DNA of 52,188 nt, the filler included, from Sphacelaria rigidula (taxonomy: Eukaryota), in assembly GCA_964200075.2 (NCBI GenBank). It is 4 parts of 4 records of this genome, joined end to end, with 100 filler letters (N's around TTAATTAATTAA, not from the genome) between each part and the next. Parts side by side here need not be neighbours in the genome. Positions count along the whole stretch, not along the records: positions 26,146 to 39,117 come from CAXNAA020003258.1; positions 39,218 to 52,188 come from CAXNAA020003259.1; 2 more parts are not named here. The stretch is one strand, 5' to 3'. This document shows positions 36,656 to 48,338 of the stretch, one piece after another. The notes beneath the pieces are model-generated. The model had not been told where the DNA came from. It made no database searches and saw only the letters and a program-made list of their open reading frames with translations. Position 1 is the first letter of the stretch, and every line of letters begins with the position of its first letter. A program made the position numbers and the translations under genes.

Positions 36656-38676
36656 TTTGTAGTTGCCAGTAATGGAATAGAGGATGTGGCGGCGTAGCGT
36701 TATCTGAGGTTTTCCATTCGTTAATGCAGCACACAGTGCGCAGCGCACAGTTGGCATTGGTTCCAAAACCGGTTCGACACCCCTAAAGCAATCCCAGCGA
36801 CCACTGCAAACACACACCCTTCGTTCTTGCCCAAAGTTATGCCACGAAGAATATTTTCATATGGCTTGACTGTAGGGCGCTTAGAAATCGCAGATGAAGC
36901 ATACCCACACTCTGGCGATGGTACGTCGAATGCTAGAGGTGTAGGCACCTCCGGACATGCACTATCTTCGGTAAATGAAGTAAACTCTTTTGCCTCTATC
37001 CCGCTACGGCGACGTACCTACCAAAAAGCATTTTTAGGATATATATGTTTTTCACCAGCGTTTTTTCATGGATAATGTCAAAAACGCGCACTTTACATGC
37101 CCGATATCAGCTCACAGAGAGCACTACCTGAGATTCCTTGTTGCGGTCATCGGCATCTGCTTCGTCGGGAACTGGTCGTCCTCGAGTTGGGGGTACGCGA
37201 AAGGTCACTATTTTCAAGTAAATAGAAAATTCAGCCCGTGAGCGTAGTGTTTATGCTTTCCTCTGCTCTCTCGTGGTCATGCACGTTGTTTGATTTTATT
37301 GTTTGTCGCACCTTAAATCCCCCAAGTCACTCTAGTCGCATGTCCGGAGTGAAGTACCTGTATGACATGTAAACCGGAGGTGATGCAGCTACCGGAGCAG
37401 GTCGAACCGTGGCCTGGTCAAGAGGCCCGAAATTCTCACATCCATACAGCCGGATTTCGGGGACCCTAGGCTTAGAGTAACAGACCTCGGCGGTACAAAG
37501 AGTTCAACATAACAATCCCTTCCGTCGACCCCTGGGGGGTCACTTCTGTTCCATACCCTGTACAGCGCGACTCCAACTACCTACGACCCAGGTCAAGGCC
37601 AATCCTTTGCCTAAATATCATGAGAGAAAATACGCCTCACTTTGGAGATCTTCCCGGAGACCCACTCTGGGGAACATCCTACAACCCTAGCGGAGTAGTG
37701 GTTCACCTTGGTGACAATACTGAGACGGATTTTGGTTGAGGTCTGACTTGTGTCGTCACCCTGTCTGTACTGTCATCGTAGAGTACATCTCCCGCTACAA
37801 TACGAGTATACGACGGCGAAAGTCACCCCAACAAACACACCGTGTGTCCTGTGGCACGAGTGATGATACCATGTGTCAAGGGCTCCACGTCTGGAAGATA
37901 TTTTAAAGCCCTTACGGCGGGGTGCAAGATCACCACCCTTCCGTGCATCTCCCGTAGCATATGTGGTCATTCATGGGGTGCGTGTGCGTGTCGACCTCAA
38001 CCGTTCCAAAATGTTTATTGACCACTTTAAAGTTCGGGAAAAGGATTCCACCCATGAGTACGCCCGAAGACTGAATCCAACGGAGTGCTATACTAGTGGC
38101 TCGCACCTGATCAAATATCCGAATTTTCAGGTGTGCAACCATATTGGGTAGTGGTCCTTCGAGGAGGGACTGTTTGGAAAACAGCTGAAATTAATGGTTG
38201 AAGCGTAAAAAGCCAATCTTGTGTATAGTGGTAACCCTACCCTTAGCACCTTAGCACCAGCCCCAACCGTATAGAAGTGTGATAACATCATATCCGACTC
38301 TCTCTGCTCTCTGCGCCAATCACGTGTATGTATCATGTATATCGTGGCCAACCGTAGGTCTTGGCTGTTTTCCAAACTTTGCTGCCTTAAAAGTGGGGGT
38401 TCACGGAATTGGTCCTCAATTTTTTATGTTAATAGTTGACTCGTTCTGGATGTTTCGAAACTTAACCGCAAGCCCGACTCCAACCCAGCCCACCACAAAC
38501 CGAGAACCCCCAGGCAAGGGAGGTAAATCGCGTGTTGTCGGCAACGTGTGCGTGGGTAGAGAAAGAATTGCCGTCGACGGCGCCGATTTGAGGAAAAACC
38601 CACGCTTCGGATGCTGGAAGCGCTCGGGACTGTCAACCCTCTCCAGATCTGAATGTGCTTTTGTCAAAGATCGGCG

Positions 38677-38960
38677 CGCCCCGGTGGTGTAAATTAAAAA
38701 GGTCCAACTGGCACCATCAGGGTGTCAAGAACGCGGGTTCAATTCTCGCCAGATGCGTTTTTTTTTTTCCTTTTTGGAAGTACAAGTGTCTGATTTCCAT
38801 GGTTGGAAGCATGAAGATGTGAGTAACCAAGTGCTTTGTTGGACTGAGTTTGATTGACGAGAGTCGGCGCGGTGCGGGAGTAGTGCGGGCGGTCATGATC
38901 CAATCCGCGAGGCCAGCATGCAAAGCGTGTAGCGGGCGAACGATGGCTTGATCTCTTGAG
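38677..38960 (+). mobile_element. Probable second tRNA-headed SINE family
   Basis: GCCCCGGTGGTGTAA head and GGGTTCAATTCTCGCC B-box-like motif followed by a T-run; body differs from the 33757 family. Confidence 0.45.
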
Positions 38961-39117
38961 ACCACTATTATATCCCGAGGAAGGGCGGGGGGCAGGGGGC
39001 GTACTCATGCGGGGGGCGGGGGGGGGGGGGGGGGGGGGAAGGGTGATCTCTACAAACAAAAAACAGAAATGGAGGATGGGTCGCCCTATGGAAAAAAGAA
39101 AAAAATTTTAAAACACC

Positions 39118-39217
39118 NNNNNNNNNNNNNNNNNNNNNNNNNNNNNNNNNNNNNNNNNNNNTTAATTAATTAANNNNNNNNNNNNNNNNNNNNNNNNNNN
39201 NNNNNNNNNNNNNNNNN
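39118..39217. other. Artificial contig linker N44-TTAATTAATTAA-N44
   Basis: Same 100-nt linker. Confidence 0.97.
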
Positions 39218-39341
39218 CGCCCCTCGCTCAGACCGGGAGGCCCCTGCGCGCGGGGGGGGGGGGGGGGGGGGGGGGGGGGTACTCATTTTTTGCTTGCTCT
39301 AATCGCCCGGGAGGGGCGGGGCATTCTTCATGAGAGGTACC

Positions 39342-39829
39342 TCCCACGGTTGTGGAAATTTAGCGCCGGATTGCACCGACACCAGAATAATGCACAGCCG
39401 ACAACAAGCCGGCACACTAAGCCCCATTGATGCATAGCCGAAAATGATCCGCATCGTCCATGTCGAAGAGTCGCCCACCGGGCACACGGCATGGGGTTGT
39501 CGCCAGTCGATGAGTGAAGAACTTCGAAGGCGAGACGGACGCTCATGAGTATATTTTGCGTCCAGACGGCCGCGGCGTCCAGTTTGTTGCCGAGCAAGCA
39601 GTGCTCGAGCCCCGCTTCCAGCATCGCGATGAAAGACCACTCTTCCTTGAGATCTGGGTCCATTTGAGCTAGACAGAGTAACTCACGAACATTGCAGTAT
39701 ATATATTTGGCGTTGGAAGTGTTGTACGGTGCGGGATATTTCATCAGCCGGAAAAGGTGCAAGTGACGAAAGCCCTGGTCGAAAGACAGGGGCGTGTAGA
39801 CTGACGACGGAAAGTGCCTCAATAGATTT
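39342..39829 (-). CDS. Possible internal exon of an unidentified gene
   Basis: About 160 open codons with protein-like composition (RNLLRHFPSSVYTPLSFDQGF...MDPDLKEEWSFIAMLEAGLEHCLLG...) between a candidate CAG acceptor and AG|GTACC donor. No family recognised. Confidence 0.3.
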
Positions 39830-40656
39830 CTGTCTATCACAAAGTGTTTTATCTCTGTTTTCTGTTTGTTTTCCTCTGGAAAACAGGGGATGAAATTGAA
39901 AAGTAAGGAGAGGGACTGCCATCTCACAAGCCTGTCTCTTCATCTCACGACGTAGTGTGGAAATATTACATCTTCATCAAACGACTTTAATGGTAATACA
40001 GCTGGAAAATAAAATGCGGTATCTGCAGGGTTATTTTTTCAATTATTTTGCTACGAAATGACTTCAGGCTTCAATACTTCACACTGCGATGGTCGTGCCT
40101 CGTGTTCCTATTTTGTTCCGGGCCTGATCAGAAGAATGTTCAACTAAATATATTCTCTATACGTCGTATTATAAAAATGTGGTTGAGATTTGTTCACTTG
40201 TACAGCGTACAGCTGTACTACAGCATCAGCAGCATCAGCAACAGCAGCAGTGAGAGGTGATAGATAGGAAGTGTCAGCGGTGGAGGAGTCAACAATGCAG
40301 GTACTGAGGCGGAACCGAAAGAGGTTGAGGTGATTGAGGTGAGGACTTCGAAGCCTTTGCCGGGCGACGCTAAAAAGAAAAGAGAGAACAAAGTTTATTC
40401 TTGTAAGTAAAAGTAAACATCAAAACTTCGAATGCCCAACGTGTCGTCTCGTCCTCATGCTAGAAGGCGCGCCTCGTGAGGGGATACTGTCACAACGCCA
40501 CAACAAGGACGCGAGTAAGGCCTATTAAGCATGCATACATGCACTAAAAGAGCTCAAATTGGGGGCTTGGAAAGAACAAAAAGAACTTACTAAAAAACAG
40601 CTTAATGTCAAGAAAAGAACGCGCAAACGGAACTAAAGCCTAACGGCATGTGATAA

Positions 40657-41907
40657 GGCCGTGTCTTATCGAAACCAACAGGAGCGGGAAAAGGGATAGG
40701 TGTCCAAAAGCAGCATGTTGATTACTCGCCGCAACCATACACCCACCGGGCGATAAATGCACGTGCTGCTCTTGGCTTTCGGATCGTGTTCCTTATAGGC
40801 TGCGTCTACCTGAGACGGAAAAAAGGAGGGGGGAAATGGTACAAGCTCCACAAGCAGCATGTTGATTGGTCGCCCGGTGGGTCTATGGTTGCGTCGACTA
40901 GTCAACACGCTGCTTTTGGACGCATGTTCCTCTTATATTTTTTTTTTGCATTTTCTCGAGAAGACACGATATCGCGGCGACTAACCAGCATGCCGATTTT
41001 GGTCGCATGTTTCGTACTTACTATAAACGCTTTTTGCTTTTTGGTCTCGGTAAGACAAGGCTCGATGTGATAAGACCAGGCCTTGCCTGATCGACAGCAA
41101 AAAGTAACAGAGTAGAGTGGAACTAGCGTCCGAGAGCACCATCTTGATTATTCATCGGCGTAACCGTAGACTCGCCCACCGATCAATCAACGCGCTACTT
41201 TTTGACGCTTGCTTCTTTCCTCGCTTTTTTTTTTTTTGTGCTCGACACAGCGTCTAGGGTGTCATGTCGAGACACTAAAATAAGTGAGAAACGGAACAAG
41301 CGTCCGAAAGCAGCGCGTTGGTTGATCCCCGGGCGGGTCTATGGTTACGGCGACGAATAATCAACATGCTGTTTCTGGACGCTTGTGCCGTTTCTTCATT
41401 GCTCCAGTATTTTGTCTTCACAAGACACGGCCTAACGGCCTCGTCCCGTTTCTTCTCAAAAACAAAAATCGAACGAAAAAGCGCGGCAGAAGAGAAAATT
41501 CCGGTCTGACAGGTCAGGATGGGTCGTGATTCACGACATGTCCACGTCATCTTGAAATGACGACCTATCAGATCGGGATTTTGTTTTCCACGGCCCATTC
41601 TGGAATGTTTTTTGTTTCTATGACATCTTAGCCTAACGCCCTGTCTTGTCGAAACAAAAAAATAGCGAGAGGCGTAACGAGCTTCCAAAAACATCATGTG
41701 ATCCGTCGCCGGGCGGATCTGTGGTTCCGGCGACTCATTAACATGCTGCCTTTGGATGCTTATCTCGGTAAGACAGGGACCAATCACAGGGCCCTAAGCT
41801 TTTTCTTTCCGAGTTGATGAAAAAACAGCAGAAAGCAAAGAAAGCGCCCAAAAGCAGCATGTTGATCGGTCATCCCGCTGCGTGGTGTCGAGGCGATCAA
41901 TCAACCG
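40657..41907. repeat. Tandem array of ~6 palindromic units (core GTCCAAAAGCAGCATGTTGATT-loop-AATCAACATGCTGCTTTTGGAC)
   Basis: Cores at about 40702, 40845, 41126, 41297, 41680, 41843; asymmetric loop present in both orientations; shared flank motif GGCCGTGTCTT/AAGACACGGCC. Confidence 0.8.
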
Positions 41908-41982
41908 CTGATTATTATTTAAGGAGAGTTTGGCGTCGACACAAAGCGCACCTCGTGTCTGATGACGCTGAAACTTGGAGTA

Positions 41983-43020
41983 TGACTGACTGATTGATTG
42001 ATTAATTGATGGATTGATTGCCGCACTTAAACTGACCCCCCAGGGATCTAGACGTGGTTACATGATGGGCGTACCCGAGACAAAGCAAACTGAAACACTC
42101 GCTCAAGAAAAAAGAAGAAAACACAGAAGGGTAGAACACAACATAGTAGACTGATAAATAACAACATAAGACGAAAAAAGAAATGGCCGGCTCCTACCAC
42201 ATGGCTTCGGTGGTGAAGGTCTTGCACAGAAGCACACTCATACCCGGTCGTAGGACACAAAGTGCCGTGGGGAAATATTGCGACTCATCTACTACGACCG
42301 CACGCACTATTTTGGATATGAAGCCTCTCATCCATGGACCTTACGGAAGCGAGGAACCAAACCGCTGTGGCATACATCAGCAGGAAAAAACACATGTATA
42401 GAAAACAAGATTGGGGAAGAGAGGGCAGGGAAGATGGAGACTATAGACGTGGTGAAGCCCGAAGTATTCAGGGCAGCAGAGGAGGTACAGACACACACAC
42501 CAGGGGGCACTGCAGAGCTACCGACCAAGGCCGCAACCAATAATCGAGAGAGGCAGACCGGATTCTTCGATTGGCGGCTCTCGACGCAGCAGCCTCTCGT
42601 TTGTGACGATAGTCCCATTCTTGGATTCTTGTTGTGTTGGCGTCGCCACGTGTCCTCAAACCCTCCCGCTCCTTTTTTGGCTCCAAGATGCCATTCGGCC
42701 ATGTTCTTCGCCGCAGTGATCCAATCGTATGCATCCTACATTTCTATACCGTAAACAAACCATTCCCGTCGCGCAATTTTGTGCGGAGCAGCCCCTAGTG
42801 CACGTAGGTTCTCCTGAAGGTTTTCGTCCCATCGTTTGGGGGTGCGGCCAGCGTCCATGCGGCCTGGTGCGGTTAACCGTCCGTTCATGATGGGTTTGGG
42901 AAGGAGTGTTTCCTTCTGCCGGACAAGGACTGCAGCGAACCAGAGTTGACGCTTGTGGATAGTCGTCCCGATACGTTCGCAGTTCGTCATCTCGAGCACC
43001 ACTCTGCACGAAAGAGTCTT
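41983..43020 (-). mobile_element. 3' end of degenerate RTE-type LINE (ORF C-terminus, 3' UTR, (CAAT)n tail)
   Basis: LEMTNCERIGTTIHKRQLWFAAVLVRQKETLLPKPIMNGRL...GRTPKRWDENLQENLRALG resembles RTE-clade post-RT region (RRLRW-GH...RLPK...GRP-xx-W); in-frame stop; microsatellite tail. Confidence 0.8.
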
Positions 43021-43432
43021 GCAGCCACTTCGATCTTTCGTGCGGAATTCAGCTATTTGCAGCTATGGCTTGTGATGGGCAGTGCGCAGACTGTCGAATT
43101 CATTAGAACCATAGTAATATTTGAGTATTTTCGTGAGATTTGAAAGTCTAGCGTTGAGTGAACTTGAGTTTTAGTTTTCGCTCTAACTTGACCAACTTTT
43201 CATTTTGCGTGTACCTTTTTTCCGCCTGTAACACTGTCGTGTGCTTACAGCTGCATGGCGATAGCCTACTCAAGGATTTCAAAGGCTTCAGTGGCAAGCT
43301 ACTGCAGAAAACGTATCGGGCCTCGTATAAGGCTCCGAGGGGGCATTTCGGAACATAAACATTTCATTAACTAATTGACTGCTTCCCACTCTCAAACATA
43401 CCCTAGACTCTCAATTTCACAAAAAAATTGTT

Positions 43433-43525
43433 TCATGCGGTGCATCCATACAACAAAGCCTCCACCACCTTCGCTTTAAGCAGCCAGACTTCCAAGTTTA
43501 GCTGGGCGTGGGGTCGACCGTAGAG
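43433..43525 (-). mobile_element. RTE LINE RT C-terminal fragment
   Basis: QLYGRPHAQLNLEVWLLKAKVVEALLYGCTA; LLYGC is a typical RTE motif. Confidence 0.65.
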
Positions 43526-45239
43526 TTGAGAACTATATTCCACTTTCAAAAAGTGAAGTTGGTTTCTGCTGCGGGTGAAAAATCGACTAACCTGTATTTT
43601 GCGACTCCGTTTTTGCGACCTGATTTTTGCGACTTGATTACTGCGACTCGATTCGTGCGACATTTATTTGCCAGATTTTCCACTCTAAAACCCCTATCGA
43701 TTTCGTTTTTTTCGGATAACTTTGTCAAATAGAAACTGAAGGCATCTTGCTCCAAGGTGCACCTCGACACACAGCAGTTGCTGCTGCCTACGTAGTATCA
43801 TCCTCCAAATCGAAGTCTCGAGTAAAACCCCCCAGCGTTTGGTGCCCATGTACAGGGATGGTCCCCATCTAGTATCATGCTACACAACGTACCCGAGAAA
43901 GGGGCAACATCCTCGTAGAGACAGCAGCAATGCTAGCGGATCCCACGTCCTGACAGTCTGGTAGCCGGCAAGGTTGTTATAATATCTCCTTCTAGCGATA
44001 TCGCCTTACAGTGCACTGGAGCAGAGTTTGCCGGTGAATATTTCGGCGATTGCCTCACCTGCAGTTCGCACAGATGTTGCGGAGTTTTTTCACGGAATCA
44101 CTGAGTAACGTTACACACATTTACATGTGGAAAACGACCAGACCCTGCATTGTATATGGAAATGTACCCAACCGTGGACGAAAGATTTCCACAGTCAGCA
44201 CGAACATGATGTTGAAAGTGTACTGCGCATAGTCAAGTGTGTTGTGTGTGTTGTCGCCGTATCTATTCTGGACAGCTTTACAAATGTGATGTAGCGATAT
44301 AGTGCGTAGCGAGGGATTTTGTCGTTATATCCTGCGTACACGTTGGCCGCGATGCAAGCGGCTGCATTCATGGTGTGGCAAACCGCATAGGAATAGGCTC
44401 AGGATGTCACGTCCTGCGGTGTGCTTTGTCACCCTACACCCTGCCGCTGTGCAGTGAGCAGGTAGTCACGCCACAGGCGTCACGCTGCGGTTGATACGCA
44501 GTGTCGGCTCCACACACATACGAAGTAGGGTAACTCTGCGCCGAATTAAATAAAACGCAGTGAGTTAAATTAAACACGCGGAGCGCGTTATTTTCGAACA
44601 GCACGCGCGCTAGCGCTTGCGCGATTTTTCGTGTTGCCGAAATCGTGCCAGCGCGCTTGCACTACAGTGTTGTACTCCCCTGTGGCAGCCCATCACGGTA
44701 TTGCTACTCATGTTTCATCACGCTTTACTCGAAAATACGCAGAAGAGATGCCAGCGAATCCATCGTTGTTGCACTTGGAGGTGTGGTGAACCAGTTTTCT
44801 TCGATTTACTACTGCCGCGTGCTCTGTGCTGTACCAAATAGTATACCGTACCCTTTCAAAAACAGATATGCATGATATAAACGCCACCGACATGCTCTGG
44901 TTATAATGAAGTGTGCACGAGGCGCGGGAAGCGTAGTTTTTGTCAAGGAATGCGAGGACGTAACCATATTACAGTATAGGCAGTTTTTATTACTAGCATG
45001 CAACACGTGATTCGAACGAGACACAAGACAAAGCATTTACATGATAATTCCAGGGCGTTTTGGTACTAAAACGACTCCACCAATCCCTCCGCTGCCTACC
45101 GTAAGCAGAGACGGACACCACGTGTGAAAACAGAATAAAATGCGGGCAGACCCTCATTTTAGAGTAGAAGGGCCCAGCCGAGACCACTCCGGTTTCATCG
45201 CCGGAATTCGATACCGCAACGTCACAAACACTGAAATAT

Positions 45240-46720
45240 ATTGAAGTTGGAAGCGCCCTGGACACAGGGCAATCTATTTTCGGAAACACGCTCACGCTGC
45301 GCTGATGCGGCGGTTGATTTCGATAGACATTTCTACATCCGCGCCGGAAACACCGTCAAGGTAGACGAACTTCGCCGCCAGCTTACACCGTTGGCCGGCC
45401 GCCTTGGTGTGCAGGGCGGCCTCCGTGGAACTGGATACTAACCCCAGGCGCATGGACTCTGTCATACTCTCGGAGACCGTCAGCCCGTACTCCTGGCAAG
45501 TCACCGCTAGCACGGGCACGGCCATCATTCGAGCAAGGCCGTCTGAGGTCCTCGAGACGATGCTGGCATCGTCCGCATAAAACATTGTCCACACTGCACG
45601 TCTCTTTCAGGGGTTCACCACCGTCACCTTTTGGCGCATTATCTAGAAAAACTAAGTCTGGGATGATCACAGGGTCCGCCGCGAACCGCTCTACGATCGC
45701 GTCGACTATGCCTGCGCCGAAGGTGTCGAAGAACAGCGCAGACGAAACGCAACCATATCTGAGTCCTGCTTATGGTTCGCCACCATCAAGCTGTACCCGA
45801 GCTCGCATGCCGTCGTGAAACATGCGGATGATGATGATAATTTGCGGCGGGACTCCAAACTGAGGGATCACTTCCTACAGGAGCGTGCGGTCTACGGAAT
45901 CGTCGACTCCATCTAGATCGATAATGCACATGTTTAGTGGAACATTACCCGCCCGTCCTAAGCCCTGTAGTCGGCGTACTACGAACATCATGTCTGTGGT
46001 CAATCGTTGGCACCTGAATCCGCATCGTTCTTCTGGGATAACATCTGTTTCCTCACAAAAATTACCGAGCCTGTTGGCTACGATTTTGAGGAGAACTTGG
46101 CACCATGTGCCACGAGTGAACTGCCCGTCTAGTTACCACACTCGGTCCTATCCCTTTTCTTTGTGTAGCACTGTGACGGTGACGTCTCTCCATTCCTGCG
46201 GCACCTCGCCAGATGTCTAAACCACAGAGGCGATTATGTGAAAGCTGCACAGAATCTCCGACGCCTCCTCGTTCAGTCCAAGCTTCAGGATTCCAGCAGG
46301 TAGACCATCCGAACCCGTCGCTTTGCCGTTCGACATAGTTCTCAGAGTCTCCTTAGTTTCACGTGGGCTTGGCGGGTCTCCCAGTGACAACGCTATCGGT
46401 CGTTGCGCAATCTACTCGATGACGGCGGTTCGGTCGATAGTTGCCGATATGGAATTCAGTAATGTGGAGAAGTACCACTCCCGTCTCTTACTGTTCAAAC
46501 CTTTGGCTCGCAGTATATTCCGGTCCTCGTCTCGGGTGCACTGCTCACTCTCGATTTGTCGTCCCGACAGTCTCCACCCTCGGTTGAGATGTCTGTCCCA
46601 TCCTGTCATGTCCCCCACTCGAGTATATTCCTCCAACCCTCTAGCATATACATCCATGTATTTGTCCACCCTAACTTGGATCACGTCTTTGAACTCTTTG
46701 CGAGTATATCTTGGTGATTG
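45240..46720 (-). mobile_element. Degenerate RTE-type LINE reverse transcriptase region
   Basis: WTMFYADDASIVS (YADD), YGLTVSESMTE, KFVYLDG, IEINRRISAA; upstream frames disrupted by stops and frameshifts. Confidence 0.85.
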
Positions 46721-46809
46721 CCGTAAGTGGGTGTTGGAGCCACAGGTTCGGTGGCGCAAGGCGCTCAGGGCGCTGTATGGGTTGAAACGGTGATTATCAG
46801 CTGTGGTTA

Positions 46810-47300
46810 TCGCAGTTTCAGTTTTTTCGCGTAGTCCCTGGGACCATACGTGAATGGGTTTTTATTCCTATCCCCTCTCTGAACCCCCTGTATATCTTCA
46901 GGTGACATTCCTTGCCCAATTTTTGTCTCACCACTTGCTTGCCCCTTGTTTCTCGATCTTTGTTTACTTCGGTCTCGTGCCCCCCCATATTCACCCGTGG
47001 ATATTTTTTCGCTTTGGTTTCCTTTTGTACCCTCATGATTCCTCGACTAGCTGTTCACCTTAGTCCAGCCTATCCTTCCGGTACTTTCTTGCATATAGCC
47101 TTGTCAGCTGTAGCTGGTGATATTTTTTCTTGGCCTATTCCTCACGCTACATTGCCATTTCAATTTTCTCAATTCTCTATCTCCACCTGTATTTGTTTCA
47201 AGCCAACTTGGGTGGGAGGGGGAGTAATTCACAGCCACCAGTTGGCAGGGCCCCTTGTTCAAGGTCGAAATTACCAGCACCCACTCTAGGATAAATGGTA
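46810..47300 (-). mobile_element. Fragment of a second non-LTR retroelement ORF C-terminus
   Basis: HLKIYRGFREGIGIKT...GPRDYAKKLKLR (frameshifted) resembles the post-RT region of LINE-like repeats, recognised from memory only. Confidence 0.5.
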
Positions 47301-48338
47301 TTTGTATGTCAGTTATATTCATGCACACGGTATAACTGAGCATAACGTGGGATTAAATTGCATGGGTTCAGCGTGGATCAAATATCATTGATTCATCGGT
47401 GTAGTCCAATAACTATGACACTAGGTTTGGCAGCATTCTCGATGTCAGATATTTTCAGTAGGATGTGTTCGTGCGCCTTATTAAGCGTTTTCACCCCAGT
47501 CGTCTCACCCTTCCGCCGGCGCGCATGCCGGACTACTTTCGCAGTGTCATCTTGAAAGTCCCCACAATAATGCCTAGATGTTTCGCGGGACCTCTATCTA
47601 TGCTGCCCCCCGCTACGCCGTTGTGGTGTCGTACGCCGTGTGTGGTCGATCTGGTCTACACGCACTGTACGCGAGATGACGAGATAATTAAACACGTGAA
47701 AAACTGTCCCATAAAAGATCGCCACTTGACAGGATTGTGTAGCCGAGGGTGAGGTTATGTGCTCGTTCTACAATGTGTCAAGCGTGTTGGGACCTCCATG
47801 TCTATTTCACCGGAGTCTTTGTTTTTCTCCTTGTCATTTCCTTGCGTGGCTTGGGCGTAAAAAACGTTGTCAACACCCCACTAGATATCCTTTTGGCGCA
47901 GGGTTCTCGTCAGGCGCAGTGTACTCGTCGCACGCTCAACCCTGCTCCATGTGTTTGCTTATTCAAGACACCTAGACGAGCTTTCAGAAGAAATGATCAT
48001 CTGCCGAGCAATCCCCCAAAATATTTTCACCACATTGTTTTCACGATCAAATTTCTGGTTCCCCTGGGATCGTCCCCCGCCCGCCCGCTCCCCTGTAAGT
48101 TCCTTGCAGGTCACGTACACAGGGTACGCGAACTGGAGCAAGAGGGTGTCACAGCTGGTGGTGGCCTGCGGTCGAGGGATCTCTTCTGGTTCTGCCTGTC
48201 GCGTGTCAACTTGAATCGTTCCTTCCTCCCGTCACCCAGGTTTTCGTGGACACGCTTCTATCACAGTACGCTAGCGTGGGTTCCTCGATATATATCTTGC
48301 ATAATTTCGTCCGGTGTGTAGCGGCAAAGCGCGAAGTC

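Noticed and set aside
40657-41907. CRISPR array or integron attC cassette array
   Set aside because: Repeats are ~80-180 bp, degenerate, irregularly spaced and in mixed orientation; spacers are themselves repeats; no cas or integrase gene; eukaryotic context.
46720-46793. Copia-like RT motif LRALYGLKR on the plus strand
   Set aside because: Only about 9 residues, with no other Copia domain or LTR nearby; cannot be supported.
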